Positions 17,857 to 26,758 of a stretch of 64,000 nucleotides of DNA are shown piece by piece. The position numbers and the translations under genes are program-made. Below the pieces are notes generated by a model. The model saw only the letters and a list, made by a program, of their open reading frames with translations, did no database searches and was not told the origin of the DNA. How positions within the stretch are numbered: the first letter of the stretch is position 1; the number at the start of each line of letters is the position of its first letter. Source of the stretch: Candidatus Latescibacterota bacterium (GTDB lineage: Bacteria; Latescibacterota; UBA2968; UBA8231); NCBI GenBank assembly GCA_964291625.2, contig OZ220089.1, positions 544,001-608,000 on the forward strand, written 5' to 3'.

Positions 17857-20800
17857 GTGCCCCCACCACTGAATCTCCAGGGCCTTCCCCTCCGGCTCGT
17901 CGACCACCACGGGCCCGCGGGGATCTGCCGCGGCCGGCGAGGTCCCGGGGAGATCCTGGCCGATGGTTCCCTGGCCTTCGGCTCCCGCCCCTTTGCCGAC
18001 ACCTCCGTCACCGTCCCCGAAGACGCCGGTCCCGAGGCGGCCCTGGCGGCCCGGCTGTGCGAGCGGGCGGCCCGCCTGGTCTCCCGGCGCTTCGAGGGCG
18101 ACACCCATCTGACCGAGCTGGCCTCGGGTCTCGCCGGCAGCGAGTGGCCGCTGGCCCTGTGCCGCGGCCACGAGCGCCTCCTCGACTTCGACGGCCGGCG
18201 CCTGTGGCTGGCGGCCGACGCCATGGCCGCCCTCGGCCTCGGACTGGAGGCAAAGGACGACCTGAGCGCCGAGGTGCCCGAGCGCCTGCGCGGCTTCGAG
18301 CTCCTCCTCGCCCTCGGGCTCTTCGGCCAGCTCGACGTGGTCCGCGGCGCCTCCCTGCGCCAGGCCCTGCACTGGGTCGTCGACCTCTACGGCCGCCTGG
18401 GGCGGCCGGACCAGGCCGTGCTCCTGGCCCTGCTCGAGGGCCCCGGAGAACTCGACGCCGGCAACCTGTTCTCCTCCTTCCTCCGCCGGGGGAGCCGCGA
18501 GGAGATCGTCGGCCGCGACCGCTGGATCACCTGGATCCTCGGCCAGGACCGCCTCGACCTGCCCTACGACCGCCGGGCGGCGGGCGAGATCCTCGACAGC
18601 GACGCCGACGTGGACGACAAGCGCCTGCTCCTCTACGGGGTGCTGCGCGACTACGACCGCGACCTGGAGGCGGAGAACATCCGCCGCCTCTCCCGCGAGA
18701 TCCGTTCCGCCGGACAGGAGCTGGTCTTCGGCCGCATGAGCCGCGCCTTCCATAACCAGGGGGCGCTCTTCGCCGATGCCGTGCGCCTCACCCCGACGCC
18801 GGCCTGGAAGCCCCTGGCCGAGGAGGCCTGGGCCGCCGCCGACGGGGCCGCGGCGCTGCAGTCTCCGGCGCTGGAACTGCGCCTGCTGCTGGAGGCGGGC
18901 CGGCCGGTCTCCCTGATCCAGATGGAGGGCGCCTGCGAGCGCTACGAGGAGGCCGCCCTCGACGCCCAGCGCGACGACCTGATGCAGGGCCTGCGTCGGG
19001 CCCGGGCCCTCGTGGAGGACCACGGCGACGAGCTGGCCGGCCCCCGGCGGACGGCCCTCGACGTCGATTCGGTGAGCGGCCTCGTGCGCCGGCGCCTCGG
19101 GCTTGTGGAGCGGGTGCGCGCGGAGCTGCTGCGCTCCCCCGCCGCCAACGCCGCCTACGTCGTCATCAGCCAGCGCCCCTCCCCCACCGGCTCCCACCTG
19201 CTGGTGAAGATCAACGAGTTCGAGGAGCCCTACCTGGGCAAGGCCGACAACCTGACGAAGCTGGCGCGCCTCGCCGGCGACCGCCTCTACTCGAGCCCCG
19301 ACTACCGCTGGCTGGAGGTCGCCGACCACTGGATCGAGGCCATCCCCCTGTTCATCAAGGAGGAGGTCCTGGTCGACGACGAGGGCGTCGAGTCGACGCG
19401 CACGGTGATCGACATCGACGGCATGGAGGAGTCCTTCCGCGAGGAGATGGCCGACCACTGGGCCGCGAACCTGCGCGACGTGGCCGACTCGGAGTGCGTC
19501 TCCGCTGCCCGCTGGCTCCTGTGCCGGGAGACCGGAGCCGACGGGGACGAGGCCGCCGCCCTCGACTGGGCGCGCGCCTCGGACGGCGACCTTTGCGGCG
19601 ACATCGCCTGCGCCGCCGCCCTCGTGTCCCGCCTGGCCGCCGAGAACGCCGGCGATCTGCGCCGCCGCATCGAGGGCGAGGAGGAGGAGCCCTTCGAAGC
19701 CCTGTGCGCCCTGTTGTCGGCTTGGCGCGCCGAGCCCGGCTCGAGTCTGGCCAGGGCCCTGGCCCGGTCCCGCGACGAGCCCTGGTCCGCCCTCGTCGAT
19801 CTGGAGGCCGAGGTCGGCGAGTCCCGCGCCCGCTCCCTCCGCGCCAGGGCCCTCGAGCCCCGGCGGCCTCTGCCGGTGCTGCACGTGCTCACCACCCAGT
19901 CCGCGGGCATGACCGATGGCTACATCCGCACCTGGCTCGAGGAGTCGATGGCCCTGCGCAACGTCGCCGCCGACCGCGGGCTGGAGGCCGAGGTCGACGA
20001 GCGGCGGGCGTTCTACCGCCTGCGGCTGAGCGCCCTGGGCGAGCGGGTGGTCCGCGAGCTGGGCATCTGGGTCGAGGTGGAGGAAGCCGCCGCCGAGGAG
20101 GATCTCGACGAGGGCGCCGCCGTGTCCCGCGTCGTCGGCCGCAACCGCTCGGTCCAGGAGGAGGTCGCCGTCCTCGGCACCCTCATCGAGCTGGCCGAGG
20201 AACGCGGCGGCGAGCGGGAGCCCGGCGACGTGGCCGACCCGGCCGAGGTCGGGAGGCTCTGCGAGTCGGAGGACGGGGACCTGGCCCGCCAGGCCCTGGA
20301 GCGGGTGGCGGAGCGCAACGGCCGCCAGCTCGAGGAGGAGGTCGACGCCCTGAGGTCCGCCGAGCCCGCCCTCTCCCGGCCGGAGGCCCTCGTGCGGGTG
20401 GTGGAGGGCGACGAGGACTACCGCCAGGACCTGGAGAGCTTCACCCGCTTCCTGGCCCGCCGCCGCCTGGTGGACGACTGGTCCCGGCAGGCAGGCGTCG
20501 ACGGCGACGACCGGCGGCGCACCTACCTGCGCCGGTTCCAGCGGCTGGCCAAGACGACGGCCCGCAAGCAGGTGCTGCTGCGCCACGGTCTCGCCCACCT
20601 GACCCTCGACCCCGCCTACCGCTACGCCGCCGCCGGGGGCGACAAGCGCTACCACCTGCTCTACACGCCGAGCCGCGTCGACCTCGGCCACCGGGAGCGG
20701 GAGTCGGTGGAGACCTGGTCCCAGTGGGTCGGCGGCGCCGACCGCGCCTCGGCGCGCGCCGGCAGAGAGATCTACGGGCTGATCAACAAGTCGGTGCGCA

Positions 20801-23800
20801 GCTACGACAGTCTGGCCGAGCCCGAGATCCTGAAGACGGGCGAGAACGCCAGCATGGCCTCCCACTTCGCCTTCTCCAACGCCCTGTCCCTGATGGTCTC
20901 GGCCAGCGGCCACGGCGACATCGAGGAGATGGGCGACCAGATGAGCCGCCGGGGCGACCGCGTCATCCATCCGGCGGGCGAGGGCTACGGCGGCTACTGC
21001 GTGCCCAAGGACGGCCTCTTCCTCGAGTTCGTCCTCACCCTCGGCCGCGCCGAGAAGCTGCGCCAGCTCGGCGTTCCCGCCGAGCACCACGACGGGGTGG
21101 CCGGCGCCGCGGCGGAGCTCCTCGGCCGCCGCGACGAGTTCGCCACGCGCTTCGAGTGGGAGGCCTGGGCCGCCGGCGCCCTGGGCGGCGTCGACGGCCT
21201 CGGCGGGTTGTTCGCCGTCCGCGAGGGCGAGGGGGGACCCGTTCCCGTCTTCCAGATCACCCGCCTGGCGGAGGTCCTGGAGGGGCTGGGAGAGCCGGAA
21301 CCGCACGACGCCGAACGCGCCACCACGGCGCGGGTGGCGCGCTGGGGCGTGCACAAGATGGTGGCCGGCGCCGAGCACGTGAACCGCTTCATGCCCTTCT
21401 TCAAGGTCTGGCTCACGCGGCGCGCCCTGGCCGAGGCCGCCCGCCGCCACCCCGCCGCGGCGGCCGCCCCGGTGGTGGTGCTCACGGCGGAGTACAAGCC
21501 CGACACGCAGGACGGGCGGTTCGCCGCCGGCATGCGCAAGTTCGAGATCCTGTGCGGCACGGCGGACCACCTGCTCCACGCCCTGGACGCGGAAGGCCAG
21601 TCCCTGGCGGGCCTGCTGTCCGAGGGCTTCGACGGCGCCGGCCGCCGCGGACGGACGGGTCAGGCCGCCGCCGCCGCCGGCCTCGACCCCGACGATCCGT
21701 CGACGCCGGGAACCCTGCGCGAGCTCTTCCCCGAGCCGATCCGGCCGGCCGAGATCCGCGTCGTCTCCCCCACCGGCCTCTCGACCCAGGACCTGCTCGG
21801 CTACACCAGCGACACGAGCCTGGAGGCGATCGCCGAGGGCGCGCATCAGGAGCTGACCGCCGCCGGGTTCAGCGGCGCCGAGATCGAGGCCAGCCTGGCC
21901 ACCTACGGACCGCACCTGGAGCGCTGGGCCGCGGCGGCCGACATCGACGCCGGCCTCCGGGCCGACCTGTCGCGGCGGCTCTCCGGACGGCTGCACGCCC
22001 TGGCCCTGCAGGTCCTCGGTCCGGAGCGCTCCTACGAACGCGCCCTGCAGGGCGCCGACGTCCTCGACACGGGCATTCCGCACGCGGCCCTGCTGCGGAT
22101 TCTCGAGGATCCGGCGGCGGTCTGCCGCCTGATGCTGGAAGGCCATCCCGACAGCGCCCTGGTCATCGTCGACGGCGCCTCCGGGGCCCGGCGGCGCGCT
22201 CTGAACCGTCTCGACGTCATGCTCTGGTTCGCCGCCGGAGAGCGCTACGGCCGCGAGCCGGTCTACGCCGGCATCGGACTGGGGAGCCGCACGGTCGAGG
22301 GCTGGCGCCAGGCGATGCGGCGGCAACGGCGCCGCGCCCGGCGTCTGGCGGAGGCCCTGGGCGCCTCCGACGCCGGAGCCGCTGCCTCCGAGTACGGGCA
22401 GATCCTGGCCGAGGTGCGCCTCGGCCAGGAGGCGGAGCTGCAGCTGGCCGAGGTCGACAAGCTGCGCCGCTTCCAGCGCCTGCGCCGGCGCGACGAGTTG
22501 GTGGCCCGGTCCCTCGCCCGCCTCGCCGGGGGTTTGCCCCTGGAGGAGCTCAGCTTCGCCGACTTCCTCGTCCTCGGCGGCGTCTTCCTCCTCGACGGGG
22601 CCCCTGCGGAGGAGATCGACGACCGGCGGCGCGGCCTGGGTCTCGGCGCGGGGGACCCGGACTCCCGGGAGCTGGAGAGCCTGCTCCTGCACCCGGCCCG
22701 GCCCCCGGAGCTGGAGGAGTTCCGCGAGGAGAAGGGCCTGGAGAGCTCGAACAAGGCGGCCGAGGACCGTCCCGTCGCCGCCCTGGAGGCCCGCAGCCAG
22801 TTGCGGACCCGCATCCTCCGGGCCCGGGCCCTCCACGAGCGGCGCCGCGGCGCCGAGTCCGTCGACGGCCGGCCCGCTTCCTTCGAAGAGGCCCGGGCCG
22901 CGGCCTTCGAGGTCCTGGGAGACCACGGCACCGTTACCGACGCGGCCTTCGGCGCCTTCATCGCCCATGCCCGCACCGCTCTGTCGGCCCTCGTGAGCGA
23001 GCAGTACGACGAGGGCCAGGCGGACGACGCCCAGCGCTTCCTCGACAACCTGTCGCAGTTGTTCCTCGGTCACCAGATCGACCCGGAGGACTGGCGCCGG
23101 ATCGCCGGCGGCTACGAGGACGTGGGCGACTTCGGACGCCTGGCGCAGGCCGTGGTCGAGCGCGAGGGGGCCGGCGCCGCCGGCCACGGCCTGCGCCAGG
23201 TGGCGGCCGGGGCCGAGCTGTTCTACATCCTCCTGGCGGTGGAGACGACCCTGCCCTACACCCGGCAAGGGGCTCCTCCCGACCCCGAGGGACTCTGGCG
23301 CTCCCTGGCGGACTTCTTCGCCGAGACCATAGACGACCACTTCCACGAGTACCGGCCCTGGGTCTACTCCCGGGGAGTCGGCTTCGCCTCGTACTCGGGC
23401 GATTCCCTCTACGAGCTGGCCGTCGAGCACCACCGATGGCTGGGGCGCCATCTGCGCGGCGTCGTGGCCCATCACACCGAACTGGCTGGCCGGACCTCGG
23501 AGGACCAGGACCTGCTTCTGGGGCGGCATGAGGGGGATGCCGCCGCCGACCCCATCGGCGTCACCGCCGCCTCCGGGCCGGAGCGGCGCTGGCGGGCCTA
23601 CGGACAGCTGCGCGAGCTCGCCTTCATGCGCAACGACGGCTTCCCCATCCCCCCCGTGTTCGCCGAGTTCGATCCCGGCCTGATCGACGCCGACCGGCGA
23701 GTCAACCACCTGATCGCCCTGCCCGTGGGCCGCACCCACTACTCACGGGCCCTGGTCGAGGGGCCGACCCTGTCCCGGGAGCTGACCGCCGCCGGACGGC

Positions 23801-25275
23801 CCGGGACCAACCTGATCATCAGCCGCGGCGTCGACCTCGTGGACGATCCGGGGGCCGGCCGGCCCGTCGTGCAGATCCGTTCCGGCCACCTCTACGTCTC
23901 CCGGGAGGAGTACGCCGCCGCCCTGGTCCGCCACCGCGGTCTCGACGCGGAGTCGGCTCGCGAGCGGGCCGAGGCCGAGGGCACGCCCAAGGGGGTCCGC
24001 CTGGCCGTGCGCTTCACGCGCCCCCTGACGGCGGCCGTCGTCTACCCCTTCCACGGGGATCCCCGGTACCACCAGGGGCGCCTGGAGGACTGCGGCCTGC
24101 CCTACTCGGTGCAGTCCCTGTTCCACACCTGGACCACCTACGACAAGGCCAAGTACCCCGACATCTTCGACGAGACCACCGGCGTCGACGTGCCCCACGA
24201 GATCGACTGGCTCGCCGCCGACACCCGGCGCGCGCCCTCCGAGAGCGTCGCCAGGAACTGGATCGAGAACGGGCTCGATGGCTCGGACTACCCGGGGCTG
24301 CGTGAGTTCGCCCGCCGTCACCGCCTGGTGATGATCAAGGACGCCGCCGAGTCGGGGGGCCGGAACGCCCGGGCCTTCGTCCTTCGACGGCTCGCCGCCG
24401 CCGCCGTCGACGAGGCGGAGCTGGAGCGCGCCGTCGACTTCGTCCACCAGATCAGCCTGCGCCACAACGTCGCCATCCAGGAGGTGATCCTGTCGTCGCC
24501 GGAGGCCTGGGCCACCGACGACTTCCTCGATTCCTTCGTACGCCGCCAGGTCGTCGAGTGGGGCTCCGCCGTCGAGCGCCGGCGCCGGCCGCGCTCGCCG
24601 ATCTACGGATCGCACCGGGTGATCGTCTCGTCCGACGATCCGGCCGCCGACCTCCCCCTCGAGGAGCGCTGGCACCTGTCGCACTGGATCACCCTCAACA
24701 GCAAGCAGCTGATCACCAACGTCGGCCGCGGCGGCAGCCTCGAGCGTTTCCTCCCCGAGATCGTCCAGCCCTCCTGCCGCCAGGCCCTCTTCGACGGCCT
24801 GGCCGCCGCCGCCCGCGGGGTCATGGAGGCCTTGAGCGCCTATGCCGGGCGCGGCGCCGAGGCCTACCGCCGCGACAGCGGCAGGCCGGTGGGCCGCGAC
24901 CTGACCGGACTGTCGTACGGAACGCCGCGCTACATGATGCTCGACTTCCTGGTGACGCCGCGCTTCGCCGAGGAGGGAGACCTGGTCGAGGTGAACCGCG
25001 AGCCGGGCGTCGAGCCGGTCTTCGTCCTGCAGCACGGGGACCGCCGCTTCCCGGGCACCCTGTCGGGCTGGCGCGTCGTCCTGATCGAACCCAACATCGG
25101 CGTCGGCCTGTGGGACCGCGTGGCCCTGCGCGAGGAGGCCCACGAGCGCGCCGCCAGCGAGGCCGACCGGCGGCCCTTCGACTGGGACCGGGTCGGCGAG
25201 AACGCCCGCGTCGTGCTGCGCGACCTCAGCCGCGCCGGCGAAGACTACCTGAAGGCCCTCGAAGGGCAGCGGTGA
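17857..25275 (+). CDS. Giant 2472-aa fusion: insert-expanded UDP-glucose/GDP-mannose 6-dehydrogenase-like region plus C-terminal ATP-grasp ligase
   Basis: GC3-rich coding frame. Dehydrogenase motifs: EILKTGEN, GEGYGGYCVPKD, AEYKPDTQDGR, YERALQGADVL, IVDG...YAGIG. ATP-grasp motifs: YDKAK, MIKDAAESGGR, IQEVI, ITNVGRGG, MLDFLV, LIEPN. The GTG start is uncertain. Confidence 0.8.
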   Translation: MPPPLNLQGLPLRLVDHHGPAGICRGRRGPGEILADGSLAFGSRPFADTSVTVPEDAGPEAALAARLCERAARLVSRRFEGDTHLTELASGLAGSEWPLALCRGHERLLDFDGRRLWLAADAMAALGLGLEAKDDLSAEVPERLRGFELLLALGLFGQLDVVRGASLRQALHWVVDLYGRLGRPDQAVLLALLEGPGELDAGNLFSSFLRRGSREEIVGRDRWITWILGQDRLDLPYDRRAAGEILDSDADVDDKRLLLYGVLRDYDRDLEAENIRRLSREIRSAGQELVFGRMSRAFHNQGALFADAVRLTPTPAWKPLAEEAWAAADGAAALQSPALELRLLLEAGRPVSLIQMEGACERYEEAALDAQRDDLMQGLRRARALVEDHGDELAGPRRTALDVDSVSGLVRRRLGLVERVRAELLRSPAANAAYVVISQRPSPTGSHLLVKINEFEEPYLGKADNLTKLARLAGDRLYSSPDYRWLEVADHWIEAIPLFIKEEVLVDDEGVESTRTVIDIDGMEESFREEMADHWAANLRDVADSECVSAARWLLCRETGADGDEAAALDWARASDGDLCGDIACAAALVSRLAAENAGDLRRRIEGEEEEPFEALCALLSAWRAEPGSSLARALARSRDEPWSALVDLEAEVGESRARSLRARALEPRRPLPVLHVLTTQSAGMTDGYIRTWLEESMALRNVAADRGLEAEVDERRAFYRLRLSALGERVVRELGIWVEVEEAAAEEDLDEGAAVSRVVGRNRSVQEEVAVLGTLIELAEERGGEREPGDVADPAEVGRLCESEDGDLARQALERVAERNGRQLEEEVDALRSAEPALSRPEALVRVVEGDEDYRQDLESFTRFLARRRLVDDWSRQAGVDGDDRRRTYLRRFQRLAKTTARKQVLLRHGLAHLTLDPAYRYAAAGGDKRYHLLYTPSRVDLGHRERESVETWSQWVGGADRASARAGREIYGLINKSVRSYDSLAEPEILKTGENASMASHFAFSNALSLMVSASGHGDIEEMGDQMSRRGDRVIHPAGEGYGGYCVPKDGLFLEFVLTLGRAEKLRQLGVPAEHHDGVAGAAAELLGRRDEFATRFEWEAWAAGALGGVDGLGGLFAVREGEGGPVPVFQITRLAEVLEGLGEPEPHDAERATTARVARWGVHKMVAGAEHVNRFMPFFKVWLTRRALAEAARRHPAAAAAPVVVLTAEYKPDTQDGRFAAGMRKFEILCGTADHLLHALDAEGQSLAGLLSEGFDGAGRRGRTGQAAAAAGLDPDDPSTPGTLRELFPEPIRPAEIRVVSPTGLSTQDLLGYTSDTSLEAIAEGAHQELTAAGFSGAEIEASLATYGPHLERWAAAADIDAGLRADLSRRLSGRLHALALQVLGPERSYERALQGADVLDTGIPHAALLRILEDPAAVCRLMLEGHPDSALVIVDGASGARRRALNRLDVMLWFAAGERYGREPVYAGIGLGSRTVEGWRQAMRRQRRRARRLAEALGASDAGAAASEYGQILAEVRLGQEAELQLAEVDKLRRFQRLRRRDELVARSLARLAGGLPLEELSFADFLVLGGVFLLDGAPAEEIDDRRRGLGLGAGDPDSRELESLLLHPARPPELEEFREEKGLESSNKAAEDRPVAALEARSQLRTRILRARALHERRRGAESVDGRPASFEEARAAAFEVLGDHGTVTDAAFGAFIAHARTALSALVSEQYDEGQADDAQRFLDNLSQLFLGHQIDPEDWRRIAGGYEDVGDFGRLAQAVVEREGAGAAGHGLRQVAAGAELFYILLAVETTLPYTRQGAPPDPEGLWRSLADFFAETIDDHFHEYRPWVYSRGVGFASYSGDSLYELAVEHHRWLGRHLRGVVAHHTELAGRTSEDQDLLLGRHEGDAAADPIGVTAASGPERRWRAYGQLRELAFMRNDGFPIPPVFAEFDPGLIDADRRVNHLIALPVGRTHYSRALVEGPTLSRELTAAGRPGTNLIISRGVDLVDDPGAGRPVVQIRSGHLYVSREEYAAALVRHRGLDAESARERAEAEGTPKGVRLAVRFTRPLTAAVVYPFHGDPRYHQGRLEDCGLPYSVQSLFHTWTTYDKAKYPDIFDETTGVDVPHEIDWLAADTRRAPSESVARNWIENGLDGSDYPGLREFARRHRLVMIKDAAESGGRNARAFVLRRLAAAAVDEAELERAVDFVHQISLRHNVAIQEVILSSPEAWATDDFLDSFVRRQVVEWGSAVERRRRPRSPIYGSHRVIVSSDDPAADLPLEERWHLSHWITLNSKQLITNVGRGGSLERFLPEIVQPSCRQALFDGLAAAARGVMEALSAYAGRGAEAYRRDSGRPVGRDLTGLSYGTPRYMMLDFLVTPRFAEEGDLVEVNREPGVEPVFVLQHGDRRFPGTLSGWRVVLIEPNIGVGLWDRVALREEAHERAASEADRRPFDWDRVGENARVVLRDLSRAGEDYLKALEGQR

Positions 25276-26756
25276 GCGGCGACGACCGGCATCTCGAGGT
25301 CGCCTGGACCCGGGCCTGCGACGGCCTCGGCATCGGCCGCGGGACCCCCCTGGCGGCGAGCGAGGCCAGCGTCCTGCTCAAGTATCTCATCTCCGAACGC
25401 GCCTCGGTCCCGGATGGGACGGACTGCTGTGCCCGCGACCGCTGCCGCCGCGCCTGGGTGGGGTGGATGGCCGCCGGCGCCGAAGACCTCGACCGGGCCC
25501 TGAGACCGGGGGCGGCGCCGGCCGTGCGCGGAGTTCTGGAATCGGACGCGGAGTACGCCGGCCGCATCATCGACCTCGCCGTGGCCGACCTCGTGAGCGA
25601 GCCCATGGCTCCGGAGGTCTGCATCGAGACGGTACCCCTCGGCGGGCTTCCCCCCGGTGGGCGCTGGAACCACGCCGTGATCTTCGCCTCCGCCCCCCTG
25701 ATCACCCACGAGATCTATCCCCTGGCCGCCGACGCCTGCGTCCATGACGCCCGCGCCGGAGGGCCCTTCTACCGGGTCCTCGGCGTTCACGGAGACTGGC
25801 TGTCCAATGGCCGCGCCCGCCGGGTCCTGTGGCTCGACGCCGAGCGCGACCGGTTCTCCGAGGCCGCCCTCTCCGAGCCGGTCCGCCTGCACTCGGCGCA
25901 ACTGCTCGCCCTCGGACCGCAGCAGACGAGCTGCCACCTGGTCTGGGCCCGACGCCTGACCTGCCCCCTGGTCAACCCGGGCCCCCCCTCGGCCACGGCC
26001 GACGACAAGCACGGCCTCTCCCGGCGGTGGGGCGACGCCGGTCTCGAGGTGCCCGCGGGAGTCCTGGTGGCCCCGGGCCACCGCCTCGCCGCCCGGGACT
26101 TCCTGCACCGCACCGGGGAGATCGTGGTCAAGCCCAACGACGGCACCGAGGGACAGGGAGTGCGCTACTTGTCGGCCTCGGCGCCGGAGGCCGAGGACCT
26201 CCTGGACGCCCAGCTCAGCGCCTGCTGGGAGTGGGGTCCGGCGCGCCTCGAGGAGCGGCGGGACGGAATCGTCTGGCGGGATCCGGAGACCGGCAGTTGC
26301 CACAGCCTGGCCATCCGCCTGCACGTGGCCGCCGGCGCCGCGGGTCTGCGGGCCGAGTCCGGATACGCCCTGGTGGGAGCCGGCGTCGACACCCCCGCCA
26401 CCCGCGGGGCCGGGGGCCGCATGCGCCCCTTGCAGAGCGTCACCTCCTCGCTGGCCCTGCGCGCCAGCGGCGCCGGCATCGCCTTCGGCGGCGCCGACCT
26501 GGAAAGGACGAGAAGGCTGGCGGAGGCGGCCTCCGGCATCGTCGGCGGCATCGGCCTCAGCGGGGTCGACCTGGTCCTCGACGCCACCCCGGCGGGAGAG
26601 CTGGTGCCGGTGCTGCTCGAGCTCAACCCCCGCCCCGCCGGCCTGGCCCACGCCCGCTTCCTCCCCGGCTCCGGGGAGGGACGGATCGAAGCGGGTGTCT
26701 CGCTGGATGTGTGGGACGGCCTGGCCGCGCTCTGCCGGAAGACCACCGCCGAGTGA
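25272..26756 (+). CDS. ATP-grasp domain protein (494 aa)
   Basis: GTGA overlap with the giant gene stop; ADDKHGL...GLEVP, IVVKPNDGTEGQGV, SGVDLVLD, LLELNPRP. Confidence 0.8.
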   Translation: MSGDDRHLEVAWTRACDGLGIGRGTPLAASEASVLLKYLISERASVPDGTDCCARDRCRRAWVGWMAAGAEDLDRALRPGAAPAVRGVLESDAEYAGRIIDLAVADLVSEPMAPEVCIETVPLGGLPPGGRWNHAVIFASAPLITHEIYPLAADACVHDARAGGPFYRVLGVHGDWLSNGRARRVLWLDAERDRFSEAALSEPVRLHSAQLLALGPQQTSCHLVWARRLTCPLVNPGPPSATADDKHGLSRRWGDAGLEVPAGVLVAPGHRLAARDFLHRTGEIVVKPNDGTEGQGVRYLSASAPEAEDLLDAQLSACWEWGPARLEERRDGIVWRDPETGSCHSLAIRLHVAAGAAGLRAESGYALVGAGVDTPATRGAGGRMRPLQSVTSSLALRASGAGIAFGGADLERTRRLAEAASGIVGGIGLSGVDLVLDATPAGELVPVLLELNPRPAGLAHARFLPGSGEGRIEAGVSLDVWDGLAALCRKTTAE

Positions 26757-26758
26757 GC

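Noticed and set aside
18780-20640. Possibility that the inserts in the dehydrogenase region are inteins
   Set aside because: No C/S-start with HN-C/S/T end junctions and no LAGLIDADG blocks seen; the inserts look like helical bundles.
19494-23531. 1345-aa Arg/Pro/Gly-rich alternative-frame ORF inside the giant gene (and similar ORFs throughout)
   Set aside because: Typical off-frame translation of GC-rich coding DNA, with low-complexity R/P/G/A composition and no motifs.
16987-23739. 2250-aa minus-strand ORF, and other long antisense ORFs such as 38129-41821, 41650-45399 and 46977-49928
   Set aside because: They mirror real plus-strand genes. High GC3 removes stops on the opposite strand, and the translations have no family motifs.
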